Below, in pieces: positions 50,814 through 60,815 of a stretch of DNA of 64,000 nucleotides; the stretch's first letter is position 1; each line of letters begins with the position of its first letter. The notes under the pieces are model-generated. The model had not been told where the DNA came from. It was given only the letters and a program-made list of their open reading frames with translations, and ran no database searches. Position numbers and translations under genes: made by a program. This DNA is from Planctomycetota bacterium (lineage in GTDB: Bacteria > Planctomycetota > GCA-002687715), in assembly GCA_009691765.1 (NCBI GenBank), contig SIAO01000007.1, positions 5,348 to 69,347 on the forward strand. The letters run 5' to 3'.

Positions 50814-52001
50814 ATGCCATTCTTGTTGCGGCGGTGCCTCTGGTGTGCCGCTTTTCTTAGTTTTTGCCTGCTTTTGAGTTGCGCCGGAGGTCCGGAAACA
50901 CCCAAGATTGGCAACGGCGCGCATCCTGAAACTCCAGATGCTGCGCGCTTGCTGCGCAGCGGTGACGCTGCGGGCGCACGACATCTGCTGCTCAGGATTG
51001 GAACTCGCACTTGCGCCCAAGAACTGCTGCTCAGTGAAGCTGCTCTCACCTTGAATGACTCGGAGGAAGCGTTGCAATCCGCTCTGCGAGCACGCGGCAT
51101 GGCTGCTAACGATCCACAACTCGTACACATGGCCGATCTTGCCAGCGGAGAAGCATTTCTCGCGGCCAACAGGGCCGAAGACGCTCTCAGCGCTTTCACT
51201 GCTGCTCGAAAAGGCGCTCTGAGCATGCAGGAACGCGACCGAGCGACGGTGTGCTGCGCACGCGCCGAGCTTGCGCGCGGCGGCGTAGAGGCGGCGCGCC
51301 GTCTGCGCAACGAAATCCTGCGCAGCGACATCCGCGAACTCGCCGATCTCGATCGGCGTCTCGCTCTCGTGGAACGCATCAGCGGCCAACCAGCCGCAAC
51401 ATCGAACCGCACGCCAAACACCTCGACAACCAGTGCGCTTGCACGCAGACCACCTGGCAAGGGCATCGCGCCTCCGCCCGTCAACTTGCGCGCATCCTGG
51501 AACGCGCGGCCGATCAAGCTCCGCAATGAGCCCGATCCCATGGGCAAAGTGACGCGCGTCACGGTGCACCACACGGCGGACCCCAATGGTCTGCCTAGCT
51601 CTGCCTTCGTCGAAAACGCAGCGCGTGTCCGGGCCTATCAATCCGCGCATCAAGACACGGAGAAATGGGCGGACATCGGCTACCACTTCATCATCGATCG
51701 TCAGGGGCGCATCTTCGAAGGACGCGAGTTGTGCTGGCAAGGTGCTCACGCGGGCAATGAGCAGGCCAACTTGCACAATGTCGGCGTCGCTCTCATCGGC
51801 GATTTCGAGCGCATGAAGCCCACAGATGCCCAGCAAACAGCTCTCACCACTTTGCTCACTTGGTTGGTGAAGGAGTACTCGTTGCCTTGGCCCGTCATCA
51901 AGGGCCACAATGATGTGAAGCGTGCGCACATGGCCAAAGGCACGACTTGCCCCGGCAAACATCTCGCAACGCTGCTCGCGCAGATCAAGGCCAAAGGCTA
52001 A
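50814..52001 (+). CDS. Lipoprotein with TPR-like region and PGRP/Amidase_2 N-acetylmuramoyl-L-alanine amidase domain
   Basis: LLSC lipobox; VTVHHTA, WADIGYHFII, GAHAG, GHNDV...TCPG. Confidence 0.88.
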   Translation: MPFLLRRCLWCAAFLSFCLLLSCAGGPETPKIGNGAHPETPDAARLLRSGDAAGARHLLLRIGTRTCAQELLLSEAALTLNDSEEALQSALRARGMAANDPQLVHMADLASGEAFLAANRAEDALSAFTAARKGALSMQERDRATVCCARAELARGGVEAARRLRNEILRSDIRELADLDRRLALVERISGQPAATSNRTPNTSTTSALARRPPGKGIAPPPVNLRASWNARPIKLRNEPDPMGKVTRVTVHHTADPNGLPSSAFVENAARVRAYQSAHQDTEKWADIGYHFIIDRQGRIFEGRELCWQGAHAGNEQANLHNVGVALIGDFERMKPTDAQQTALTTLLTWLVKEYSLPWPVIKGHNDVKRAHMAKGTTCPGKHLATLLAQIKAKG

Positions 52002-52005
52002 TCAC

Positions 52006-52500
52006 TCAGGTTTTCAGTTTCTCTGCGACAGCCTGCACACGCTCGAACAAGGCGCGCCACTTTGCACGCTCTGCAGCATCCAACCGTTCATGAGGCGGAT
52101 CATCGCGCGCTGGCGTGAGAATTGAATCTGTGAGGACCACGTTGCAGGCAACTGCTCCGGCCTTCGGGCGGCCAACAGCGCTGCTCTTGCAAGCGTCGTA
52201 CGCAACGAACGGTCTGCCTCGAGCAGGCGCTGCGCTTCTGCTGCGCTGTTCCAGTACCAGGCGGTCGCGACCACGAAAACCGCAGAACAAATGGCGAAAG
52301 CTGCAATCACAACGGCGCGTCGAAGACCTGCCTGATCCGCACATCGGAAGCAAGCTCGCTGCGCAAGACCTTCAGAGCCACGGTGCGCTGCAGCAGCGGA
52401 TCGTGCGCGGCATAGACAAGGCCGTTCCTCCTCGCCCGATGCGGTCAAGAATCTGGAAGCGCCCGATAACCGTAGGCTGCGCCTCTTCGACTTTCGCCGG
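52006..52500 (-). pseudogene. Ser/Thr protein kinase relic
   Basis: Across frameshifts: IGRFQILDRIGRGGT.LVY.AHDPLLQRTVALKVLRSEL (subdomains I-II), then directly a TM segment and a short C-terminal tail. Confidence 0.7.
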
Positions 52501-52823
52501 AAAGGCTGCACTCAATGCGCCCTCAAAGTGGTCTCGCGGCTTGTCCAGAGTGACTGCTCCGCGGAGAGCCTACCCCGAGGCCCTCCGTGCCTAAGTGCCA
52601 CTCAATGCAAGCGTTGCTTCAGGCCCACGCGCGCACGATTTTACGGCTTGCCTTGACGCTCGGTCTTGCGGTAATCTCCGGCTGTCGCCTGTTGTCCAAG
52701 CGATCGTCGATTCACGTCCGTGCGGTTTGAGGGCCTCCTGCCAAGTGGCGCTACCCGGACTTATCTTGAATGGTCGACGGATGTCCGTTTTGCACTCTGT
52801 GTTACCCACATCCAAGAAGCACC

Positions 52824-54572
52824 ATGAAAACCTCAACCCTTGTCCTCCTTGCATTCTTAGTGCTGCTCGGCGGCGTTTCTGCCCAGACCATCACCCTTGG
52901 TACTGGAACTATCGTCAACACCGTCAACACCTACCCGACGGCCTACGGAAACTACTTCTGGGGCGCTCGGCACCAATTCCTTATCACTGCTGCTGAACTG
53001 ACCGCAGCAGGCGGTGTGGGCGGTGTGCCTATCATCTCCGCCGGATTCAATGTCGTGAGCTTCACTGGCCAAGCGCACATGAACTACGACATCAAGATGG
53101 GACACACAGCACAAACTGTGATGACCAACTGGGAAGTTGGGCTCACGTGGGTCTACAACGCCGCAAGCTACATGCCTGTTCCCGGCTGGAACACTCACAC
53201 CTTCTGCGCACCGTTCGTTTGGGACGGTGTGAGCAATGTCATTGTGGAAACCTGCCACCAAAACGGCAGCTATATCGCCAACGCAATCGTCAATCAGACC
53301 GCTGGCCTCACCAACCAATCCAAGTGGTGGCGCCAAGACTCCCTGGGTGCATGCCCTATCACGACTCAAACGGGTGTTTCGCTCAACCGCCCAAACATCC
53401 AACTGACCTTCGGCGTTGCTGCTCCTGTTAACTATCAGACCAACAGCTCCGGCGCGAACCTAACTATGGGCACCGCCAGCACGAACGGTTGCATCGCTCC
53501 GATCTTCAATCAGAGCAGCTACACATGCGGTGCGACGATCGTCGGCGCCACTGGCACGATCGCATTCTCCAGCACCGCGCTGGGCATGCCTTGGGACATT
53601 GTGATCTCACCCGCGAACCTACTCTCAGTAACCGGCGGTGCATTGATTATTCCTGCCGGCATCATCAACCTCGACCTGTCACAGCCCTTCGGATTTGTAA
53701 ACGGCTTCTTCGGATCCAATCTCCCAAACTTCACTTTCCCTGGCGTGAGCAGCGTTTCGCTCTCGTGGGGCTACAGCATCTCCGCAACACTGAACACCAG
53801 CATGCAGGCGATGGCAATCAATCCAACGGCGCCAGGCGGTGCCAGCCTCTCGCAACCCGTGGAGTATCACAACACCAACGTCACAAATGGCGTTGCGTCT
53901 TTTGCTGGCCCCATCGGCGATGACACTGGCGTGACCGTCAACCTCACGCAACCGCAGATCTGCTGGCCCTCCGTCACCATGTACGGCACGGTCTACACGC
54001 AGATGCAGGTGATCTCCAACGGCCGCATCATGTTCCAGCCCACTGTGAACACTGACTTCAGCCCCACCATCGCGGAAGCGCAGCTCGCCAGTGTTGGCCC
54101 CTTCGTCGGCTTCTGGACTGACCTAAACCCCACCACGGTAGTGGGCGCACTGATCACCGCCAGCCAGCCTGCGCCGGGCCTCATGCGCGTTGATTACACC
54201 AACATCGCGTACGACCTCGAACCATCTGTCACGATCAATTTCGGTGTCCAATTCGACACCACCACAGGTATGGTGCAACTCGACGGCTTGCTTGGCATCA
54301 ACGCGAATCCGCAAATTGGCTTCCTCGCTACCGCGGACGCGCAGTACTTCGGCATGAGCCGCGGCGCGGGCGCTACCGATGGCGGCACCACCACCTTCGC
54401 AGCCGGTGGCTCAGGCCTCGCAGTGAGCCCAACAGCCATGTGGTACGACTGGTACGGCGCGATTGTCGGCGGCGCAGGCCGCGTTAACTCGCTGAACGCG
54501 GGCACACTGAACACCGTCCTCTTCACCCCCAGCGCCCTCATGGCGCCTAACTACAACTGGGCGGGATTCTGA
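52824..54572 (+). CDS. Large secreted low-charge beta-rich protein (adhesin/surface-layer-like)
   Basis: Signal peptide MKTSTLVLLAFLVLLGGVSAQ; T/N/G-rich; C-terminal SNG...FWTDLNP nidogen-like segment. Confidence 0.8.
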   Translation: MKTSTLVLLAFLVLLGGVSAQTITLGTGTIVNTVNTYPTAYGNYFWGARHQFLITAAELTAAGGVGGVPIISAGFNVVSFTGQAHMNYDIKMGHTAQTVMTNWEVGLTWVYNAASYMPVPGWNTHTFCAPFVWDGVSNVIVETCHQNGSYIANAIVNQTAGLTNQSKWWRQDSLGACPITTQTGVSLNRPNIQLTFGVAAPVNYQTNSSGANLTMGTASTNGCIAPIFNQSSYTCGATIVGATGTIAFSSTALGMPWDIVISPANLLSVTGGALIIPAGIINLDLSQPFGFVNGFFGSNLPNFTFPGVSSVSLSWGYSISATLNTSMQAMAINPTAPGGASLSQPVEYHNTNVTNGVASFAGPIGDDTGVTVNLTQPQICWPSVTMYGTVYTQMQVISNGRIMFQPTVNTDFSPTIAEAQLASVGPFVGFWTDLNPTTVVGALITASQPAPGLMRVDYTNIAYDLEPSVTINFGVQFDTTTGMVQLDGLLGINANPQIGFLATADAQYFGMSRGAGATDGGTTTFAAGGSGLAVSPTAMWYDWYGAIVGGAGRVNSLNAGTLNTVLFTPSALMAPNYNWAGF

Positions 54573-54632
54573 TCACTCGTACCACGTCGCAGCAACTTCG
54601 ATAGGCGGCGTATCGCAATGACCTCGCCGCAT

Positions 54633-54660
54633 CGGCCTCCGTCCTTCAAGATGGGGGCCG
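54633..54660 (+). terminator. Stem-loop downstream of the secreted protein gene
   Basis: CGGCCTCCGTC-cttcaa-GATGGGGGCCG; 11-bp stem including G-U pairs; no U-tract. Confidence 0.4.
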
Positions 54661-54729
54661 TTCCAGTGAGGCCGTTCTCCAACCGACAAATCCACCGCGC
54701 TTTGGCACGTTGAGGTGCAGCGCTTTGCC

Positions 54730-54757
54730 TTGACGGCCCTCGCCCCCTTGGTAACTT
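54730..54757 (+). promoter_or_regulatory. Sigma70-type promoter for tRNA-Gly
   Basis: TTGACG-16 nt-TAACTT with extended TG. Confidence 0.6.
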
Positions 54758-54789
54758 CCCAACCGCTCGGTGCTTCGGCACCACACCAC

Positions 54790-54861
<72 letters not shown>

Positions 54862-54863
<2 letters not shown>

Positions 54864-55105
54864 CACTCAAGGCCCTGGAGACTCTGGTCTCCGGGGCCTT
54901 GTCATGGAGCGGGTGGTCTGCGCCGCAGGCGCAGCGCGTGGGCTTCGCCCACGCAAGGGACTTGCCGCGCTTCGCGCGGTCAAGTCGCGAACAGTGTCAC
55001 TCAACACAACGCACAACGGCATCCTCACTCAAGGCCCTGGAGACTCTGGTCTCCGGGGCCTTGTCATGGAGCGGGTGGTCTGCGCCGCAGGCGCAGCGCG
55101 TGGGC
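54862..55105. repeat. 82-bp perfect direct repeat (54862-54943 and 55024-55105) with an 80-bp spacer
   Basis: CTCACTCAAGGCCCTGGAGACTCTGGTCTCCGGGGCCTTG...GCGTGGGC occurs twice; each copy holds 15-bp and 7-bp stems. Confidence 0.93.
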
Positions 55106-55280
55106 GGTGCATCCCGTTCGCCAAGGCAAAAGTGAGCGCAGGCGGAGCGCGGCTGAGGGGGTGACCGAGCAAGGTCGTTGGAGTGCATCCGACCGATCTG
55201 CGAGGCGCCCCCTCCCGCGCGCAGCCTGCGCGAACCAGCGACCGCGCGAACAACCAAGCCCGGATTCGCGTGTGCAGGTC

Positions 55281-58200
55281 TCAGTTCAGTCGCACTGGCC
55301 AGCCGGGATACGGCACACCAGCTCCGGCTGGATTCGCGTGGCGCGGCCAAGCCTCCACACTAATACTGCGCGTTGTCGCAGCGAGACGAATGATGCCGTA
55401 GCCCGGAGCGCGGTCATGCAGCGCAGTGGGTTCGATGCCCGTAAGTTGCGGATTGGCGAGTGCCATCATGCTGAAGCGGTTGCCGAAGGCATCAGTGAAA
55501 TCACCACAACCACGAGTGGCAGCAGGATCAGTGGGCACAGGCACTTTGGTTGGCATCCAACGCCGCGGCCAGCAATTGGCCATTGAGGGGCTCGTGAACA
55601 CGAACGGACCATCGCGCCAGCCGTCGATACCATATTGAATCAAAGTTCCGAGGTGCTGATCACCACAGAGGTGCAAGGCACCTGCGGCTTGCACCAGCTT
55701 CACAGCTCGCGAACGTGCAGTCATCGGCCAACCGTTGGTGTCCGTATCAGCAGATGGTTCGTCGTCAGCAGGCCATTCGTTCGGCGCAAGCACAGGCAAC
55801 GAAGGCACAACATCATCCGTCTTCCCCTTTGGGAGAGTGTGCGCGGCCACAAACGGACTCTGCGAGATCACGAAACGTGCGGGCGAACCTTCGATGCGCT
55901 TCGTAGCCCACTGCTCGAGAAACGCTTCCTGCTCAGCGCCCAAAAGCCGGGCTAGGGGTGCGTCACTGTTGCGCGGGTCGAACTCCAACGCGTGAAAAAA
56001 ACCGTTGCGCACATCGCCCGCAGGCACATGCACGGTTGCGCTGTCTTTCCACAGCCGGTCCGAAAGAATCGCACAATCGAACGGGCCCCAGACGAGGCGC
56101 GTTGTCCACGGATTCACACCCGATGAGAGTGGTGTCGGCACCACAGTTGGAGGCATGTGGGCGGTTTGCATTCGGTACGACGCGTTCACGAATTCCCTGC
56201 CCATGACAAAGCCGCCAGCGTCGGGCCCTTTCACGGTGCGTGCAGGATCGGTGCCCAGATTCAGCTTGGTGCGAAAGCCACCTGCACCCCAAACATTGCC
56301 CTGATAAACGTCGTGATCGTCGGGAGTGACGATGGCAGGGCGGTCGCGCAAGATGTCTCCAAACGCCCAATGGAAACGCATCCACCGTGTCTGCAAATCC
56401 AAGAGCGCCTGCTCGCCACGCTCGGGTGCACTCACATCACCTTCATAGATCTGATCGCCTCCGAAGATGACGAGATCTGGATCGTGCGCCAGCACATGCT
56501 GCACGATTTCTTGGTGCGGAAACCAAACGCCATGGTGATTCCACGCTCCAGTGACGGTCATGTTGTTCACACAGGAGAGCAAAACTGCACGCGCTTCTCG
56601 ATCCAGCGCTGGTGGAGCTCGCAACATCCCGCTGCGCTCGCATGCCCAAAACATGTTTTCTTCCGCCAGCCAGGTGCCACGCACGCGCCACTCAACACCA
56701 ACCGAGCTCGGCACACTCACCGCTGGGAACACGAGCGTGTTGCTCACCGGCTCGGGCACCGCGAGTGCCACTTCCTGCCACGCATCGCCTTTTGCCACAC
56801 GCAAGTCCAGTCCGAATCGCCCCCACGCAGCCGCAGGCAACGGCGCGAGCTGCACGCTCATTCGCAACAGGTGCGCGCCGGCTTCCGTGCGTTCGATGCT
56901 GTGCAAAGAGCCGAAAATAGGCCCGAATTCGTGCGTGCGCTCGGAATGCAGCCAACCTTTGTCCTGCGAAAAGGCTTTGGTGCCGCTGAACGCAAAAGCC
57001 TCAGATCCGCCGTGTTGCGCCACGAGGCCGTAGCCGCCATCAATGAAACTGCGCGCGAGTGACACGGGCGTAGTGGCAGCAATTTCAACCGCACCGTAAT
57101 GAGCAGAACATTGCACACTGAAGTGTCCATCAGCTTCGGAAGTCACTTTCACTCGCAGTCGAATGGAAGAAGCCTTCATCAACGCAGCAGGAACGACACC
57201 AGGCAGTGTGCGCGCAAGGCAGGTCAACTCTGACAAGCGCACATCTGTCGGCAACGCCCTGCTGGCAGCGCGTATCGCCGTAGAAAAATCAAGCAGTTGC
57301 AAACTGCCATCGGCACAAAGCACTGCAAGCATTCCTCCATCCAAGCCTGGCGCTTGCTGCACCAACGCGCTGATGCGCACATCAATGTGCTCATTGCCCA
57401 CACCGAAGATGAAACCAGCGCAGGCGCTTTCCGCAGCCCCTTGCGACCAGCGCAACTGTGTTTCGAAATAGAGCGGTTCTGCCAAGGCGCCGTTGGCCAC
57501 CACACGCGTGACCAATTGATGCAGCGTCCGAAAAGGCAGCTTCGCGTTGGTGCAGCGCAACTCAGTCCCGACGCGACTCCAGTCTTGCAAACGTGAAGGG
57601 CACCACTGCGGGCCAGCCCAAGTGTGTTCAATGCGCTGCGCGAGCGCGCGATCACGCGCCAAGTTCGCTGCGACGACGGCTTGCAATTCGCGGACAACGT
57701 CGGGATGAGCAGCCTGCACTTGTTGCCGTTCGCCCACGTCGGACTCGATCTTGTAGAGCTCAAGGCCGACTTGCTGCGTGCCGTAGGTGCCTGGCATGCC
57801 ATCCACGCCAGCTTTGCCCACACCTTCAAGACTGCGCGATTCATGCGGCACATGCAGCTTCCATGCCCCACGGCGTAGCGAGCGAAACTTAGGGCCGTCG
57901 TAATAGAACGCGTAGGAATCACTCGGAGAATCCGCGCGCGTTGGATTCAGCAGCAACGGCAGTGCGCTGCGGCCATCGAGCTTCTCCACATCAAGCTGCA
58001 CCCCCGCGATCTGCGCGAGCGTTGGGCAAAGATCTACCGCACCAAACGGCGTATGACACACGGTGCCTTCCGGGATGTGCCCGGGCCAACGCGCGATGAA
58101 CGGCACTCGCACGCCTCCATCGAAAGTTGTGCCCTTGCCTTCACGCAACGGCCCTGCGCTGCCCGAGTGTGTCCCCATTTGCAGCCATGGTCCGTTGTCT

Positions 58201-59036
58201 GACGCAAGCATGACCAACGTGTTGTCAGCCACACCACACTCATCGAGCGTCGTAAGAATTGCGCCCACCGAAGCGTCGAGTTCGGCGAGGACGTCCGCAT
58301 AAAGACCACGGCCAGTGCTGCCACGGAACGCGGCCGACGCCGCGAGCGGCGTGTGCGGCATCGGATGCGGCAAGTAGACGCAGAAAGGCACGTCTTTCTT
58401 GCGACGAATGAAATCGCAGGCACGGGCAGTGAAGATCCCCGTGAGTTCTTCGAAAGGTGGATCGGTGCGCGCAATGCGAGTGCCATCCCACAGCGGCAAT
58501 GGCGCGAATCGTCCTGCAGCGTAGGGCGATGCCGGCGCCATGTCGTGCGAATAGGGAATGCCACAGTACTCATCGAAGCCATGTTGCGACGGATGGAATG
58601 ACGCCGTGTGGCCCAGATGCCATTTGCCAAACACAGCCGTCGCGTAGCCGCGCGATTGCAGCACTTCGGCGAAGGTCAATGCGGCATCGGGCAATCCGTT
58701 CCGTGCATCGGGAAACAAGGCGCCGCGAACACCGAGGCGATGCGGCAAACGGCCCGTGAGATAGGCAGCTCGCGATGCGCTGCACACAGGCTGCGCCACG
58801 TAGAACGCCTCAGCGCGCAGGCCCTGCAGAGCCAGACCATCGATGCACGGCGTGGCATTTGCGCTGCCGTAACAGCCGAGATCGCCCCACCCCATGTCAT
58901 CGAAAAGAATGAACACCACATTCGGAAGCGTGTCGTCAACCCGGGTGCTGTCAATCGTCCTTGGAGCCTGCGCCGCGACGAAGCCACACAGCGCCACCAA
59001 CAGCAGCCAGCAACACGAGCTCTGGCGCGCACGCAT
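55281..59036 (-). CDS. Secreted arylsulfatase fused to a PhoD-like metallophosphatase
   Basis: DDMGWGD, CSASRAAYLTG (FGly motif), GKWHLG, SDNG; then GDQIYE, PDDHDVYQGN, GDQH. Confidence 0.88.
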   Translation of the reverse strand: MRARQSSCCWLLLVALCGFVAAQAPRTIDSTRVDDTLPNVVFILFDDMGWGDLGCYGSANATPCIDGLALQGLRAEAFYVAQPVCSASRAAYLTGRLPHRLGVRGALFPDARNGLPDAALTFAEVLQSRGYATAVFGKWHLGHTASFHPSQHGFDEYCGIPYSHDMAPASPYAAGRFAPLPLWDGTRIARTDPPFEELTGIFTARACDFIRRKKDVPFCVYLPHPMPHTPLAASAAFRGSTGRGLYADVLAELDASVGAILTTLDECGVADNTLVMLASDNGPWLQMGTHSGSAGPLREGKGTTFDGGVRVPFIARWPGHIPEGTVCHTPFGAVDLCPTLAQIAGVQLDVEKLDGRSALPLLLNPTRADSPSDSYAFYYDGPKFRSLRRGAWKLHVPHESRSLEGVGKAGVDGMPGTYGTQQVGLELYKIESDVGERQQVQAAHPDVVRELQAVVAANLARDRALAQRIEHTWAGPQWCPSRLQDWSRVGTELRCTNAKLPFRTLHQLVTRVVANGALAEPLYFETQLRWSQGAAESACAGFIFGVGNEHIDVRISALVQQAPGLDGGMLAVLCADGSLQLLDFSTAIRAASRALPTDVRLSELTCLARTLPGVVPAALMKASSIRLRVKVTSEADGHFSVQCSAHYGAVEIAATTPVSLARSFIDGGYGLVAQHGGSEAFAFSGTKAFSQDKGWLHSERTHEFGPIFGSLHSIERTEAGAHLLRMSVQLAPLPAAAWGRFGLDLRVAKGDAWQEVALAVPEPVSNTLVFPAVSVPSSVGVEWRVRGTWLAEENMFWACERSGMLRAPPALDREARAVLLSCVNNMTVTGAWNHHGVWFPHQEIVQHVLAHDPDLVIFGGDQIYEGDVSAPERGEQALLDLQTRWMRFHWAFGDILRDRPAIVTPDDHDVYQGNVWGAGGFRTKLNLGTDPARTVKGPDAGGFVMGREFVNASYRMQTAHMPPTVVPTPLSSGVNPWTTRLVWGPFDCAILSDRLWKDSATVHVPAGDVRNGFFHALEFDPRNSDAPLARLLGAEQEAFLEQWATKRIEGSPARFVISQSPFVAAHTLPKGKTDDVVPSLPVLAPNEWPADDEPSADTDTNGWPMTARSRAVKLVQAAGALHLCGDQHLGTLIQYGIDGWRDGPFVFTSPSMANCWPRRWMPTKVPVPTDPAATRGCGDFTDAFGNRFSMMALANPQLTGIEPTALHDRAPGYGIIRLAATTRSISVEAWPRHANPAGAGVPYPGWPVRLN

Positions 59037-59135
59037 CGGCGCGAGCAATGAGGTCACATCAACGTACGTGAGGCAAAGCGCTGCGCGCCGAATTTCGGGC
59101 ATGAAGTGGCTCCTGCGCCAGCTTACAGCCCAGTA

Positions 59136-60539
59136 TCAGAGGATGCGTAGTGTGACTGCGCCCGAGGTCCCGATGTATCCAGTGCTTTCGAAGAGCGCCT
59201 GAACATCCACCAGCATGTTGACCAATGATGGGTTGTTGGCGATAGGCACCGGCAAGGTCGCCGAGCCGCTGGCATCCAACGGGATCGGACCGATGGGCGA
59301 CACACCAGCAGCCACGAAGCCGATCATATTGTTGAGTTCGAGGAACAACTGGCAATTGCCACCGAGGGTTGCTGGCAGACGGCCCAATGCTGTTCCGAGG
59401 AACACATAGCCTGATCCTCCAGCCGGACCGTTCATCAGATTCAAACCGAATCCGGTGTTCCCGACGGTTGCAGCGCTATTGGCCACAAGTGCGACATTGG
59501 AACCGCCAGGCCCGAGACAACCAACACCCGTAGCCACCACCGTGGGATTCCATGTCAGGGCATTTACAGGTGGCGTCGCTGCTGTGCCAGTCCCAAGGTT
59601 CGCAGTGTCCAGCACGCCTCTATAATTCGGGCCCACGATGTAGGGATAGGCGTTGTTGCCGTTGGCATCGACGGTCATGTAATAAGCAAAGGTGCCTGCC
59701 GGGAACTCCGGGGTCACCGCAAATCGGCCGTTGAAGGCGTCAAGATCGCCGAGGCCGAGCACATACTCGAAGTCCTCAAGGAAGGTGCCCAAGGGATAGG
59801 TCGTGGATACGGGTGGGCCATACTGCATCGGGAGCAGCACTGTCCCATTCGGCAGAGTCGTGCGCGTGGTGATGTTGCGCAACCGATAACTGCTGACCAT
59901 GCGGCGCACAGCAGCCGTACCAGTCAGATTGCCGTAAGCATGCGGCCCATAAATGGGATAACCATCGAATGCGAATCCAAGAATCGGCGAATGGTGATCG
60001 CCATTGTCATTCAGCTGCAGTGCGAGAGCAGCAGCGCGCTGATGGTTGTGGTATTGGCCCATGGGCGCCGGATGGCCAAGCGCTGAATCGAAGCTCGGCC
60101 CTTCGACAATCACGGCATTGCGAAACCAAACGCCTTGGTTGTTGTAGGAGAATGCGTCCTTCGCATTGAACACCGTGACGCCATTCACGAGCACGCCAAT
60201 CGAACCCAACCCGGTCGCCGCAGGCACGGTAGCCTGCACGGGCACGCGCGGGAGGCGGTACCAACGCAAGGCGTTAGCCGGCACATTCGGATTCGCCGCC
60301 CATGGACCAATGGGGTAGCTCGGGACACCAGTGCACTGCGCGTACACATGCGTCGTGGTGTGACGCACTTGCTGCACGTCAGCGTTGATCACACCGACAA
60401 TGGCTTGGATCGTCGCGCTGGGGCTCGCGCCTTTCAGCCCGTGCAGATTCAAGCGGAAGCTGTTGACGCGCGCATCAACCGTCTGGGCTTGGACGGCGAG
60501 CGATAATGCCAAACAACTCAGAGCGATAACTGTTCGCAT
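59136..60539 (-). CDS. Secreted YHYH-domain protein with a C-terminal unnamed domain
   Basis: Signal peptide; GVLVNGV, GHP...YHNH, HSPILGFAFDGYPIYGP, DLDAFNGR, YPYIVG. Confidence 0.85.
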   Translation of the reverse strand: MRTVIALSCLALSLAVQAQTVDARVNSFRLNLHGLKGASPSATIQAIVGVINADVQQVRHTTTHVYAQCTGVPSYPIGPWAANPNVPANALRWYRLPRVPVQATVPAATGLGSIGVLVNGVTVFNAKDAFSYNNQGVWFRNAVIVEGPSFDSALGHPAPMGQYHNHQRAAALALQLNDNGDHHSPILGFAFDGYPIYGPHAYGNLTGTAAVRRMVSSYRLRNITTRTTLPNGTVLLPMQYGPPVSTTYPLGTFLEDFEYVLGLGDLDAFNGRFAVTPEFPAGTFAYYMTVDANGNNAYPYIVGPNYRGVLDTANLGTGTAATPPVNALTWNPTVVATGVGCLGPGGSNVALVANSAATVGNTGFGLNLMNGPAGGSGYVFLGTALGRLPATLGGNCQLFLELNNMIGFVAAGVSPIGPIPLDASGSATLPVPIANNPSLVNMLVDVQALFESTGYIGTSGAVTLRIL

Positions 60540-60815
60540 AACGAGACTCCTTGAGCGTGCTCCACCGGCGCAATGCAGTATGCCCCGAACCAAGCTCGCT
60601 GCCCCACTTCAACACACGCAATGTAGAAGAGTTGCGCCCGCCGTGCTCAGCTTTTTTTTGAAAGGCGAAAAGCCCGCAACCAACGAGCGCATGTGCCGCC
60701 TTCGCGCTTGATGCCCAAGCGCCCTCCACCTATCCTGCGCAGCGCTTGCACGGGGGCTGAATTGGATGCAACTTCATGCTCCGCGCGTAGTTCAGCGAAT
60801 CTGAGGAGTGGGGCC

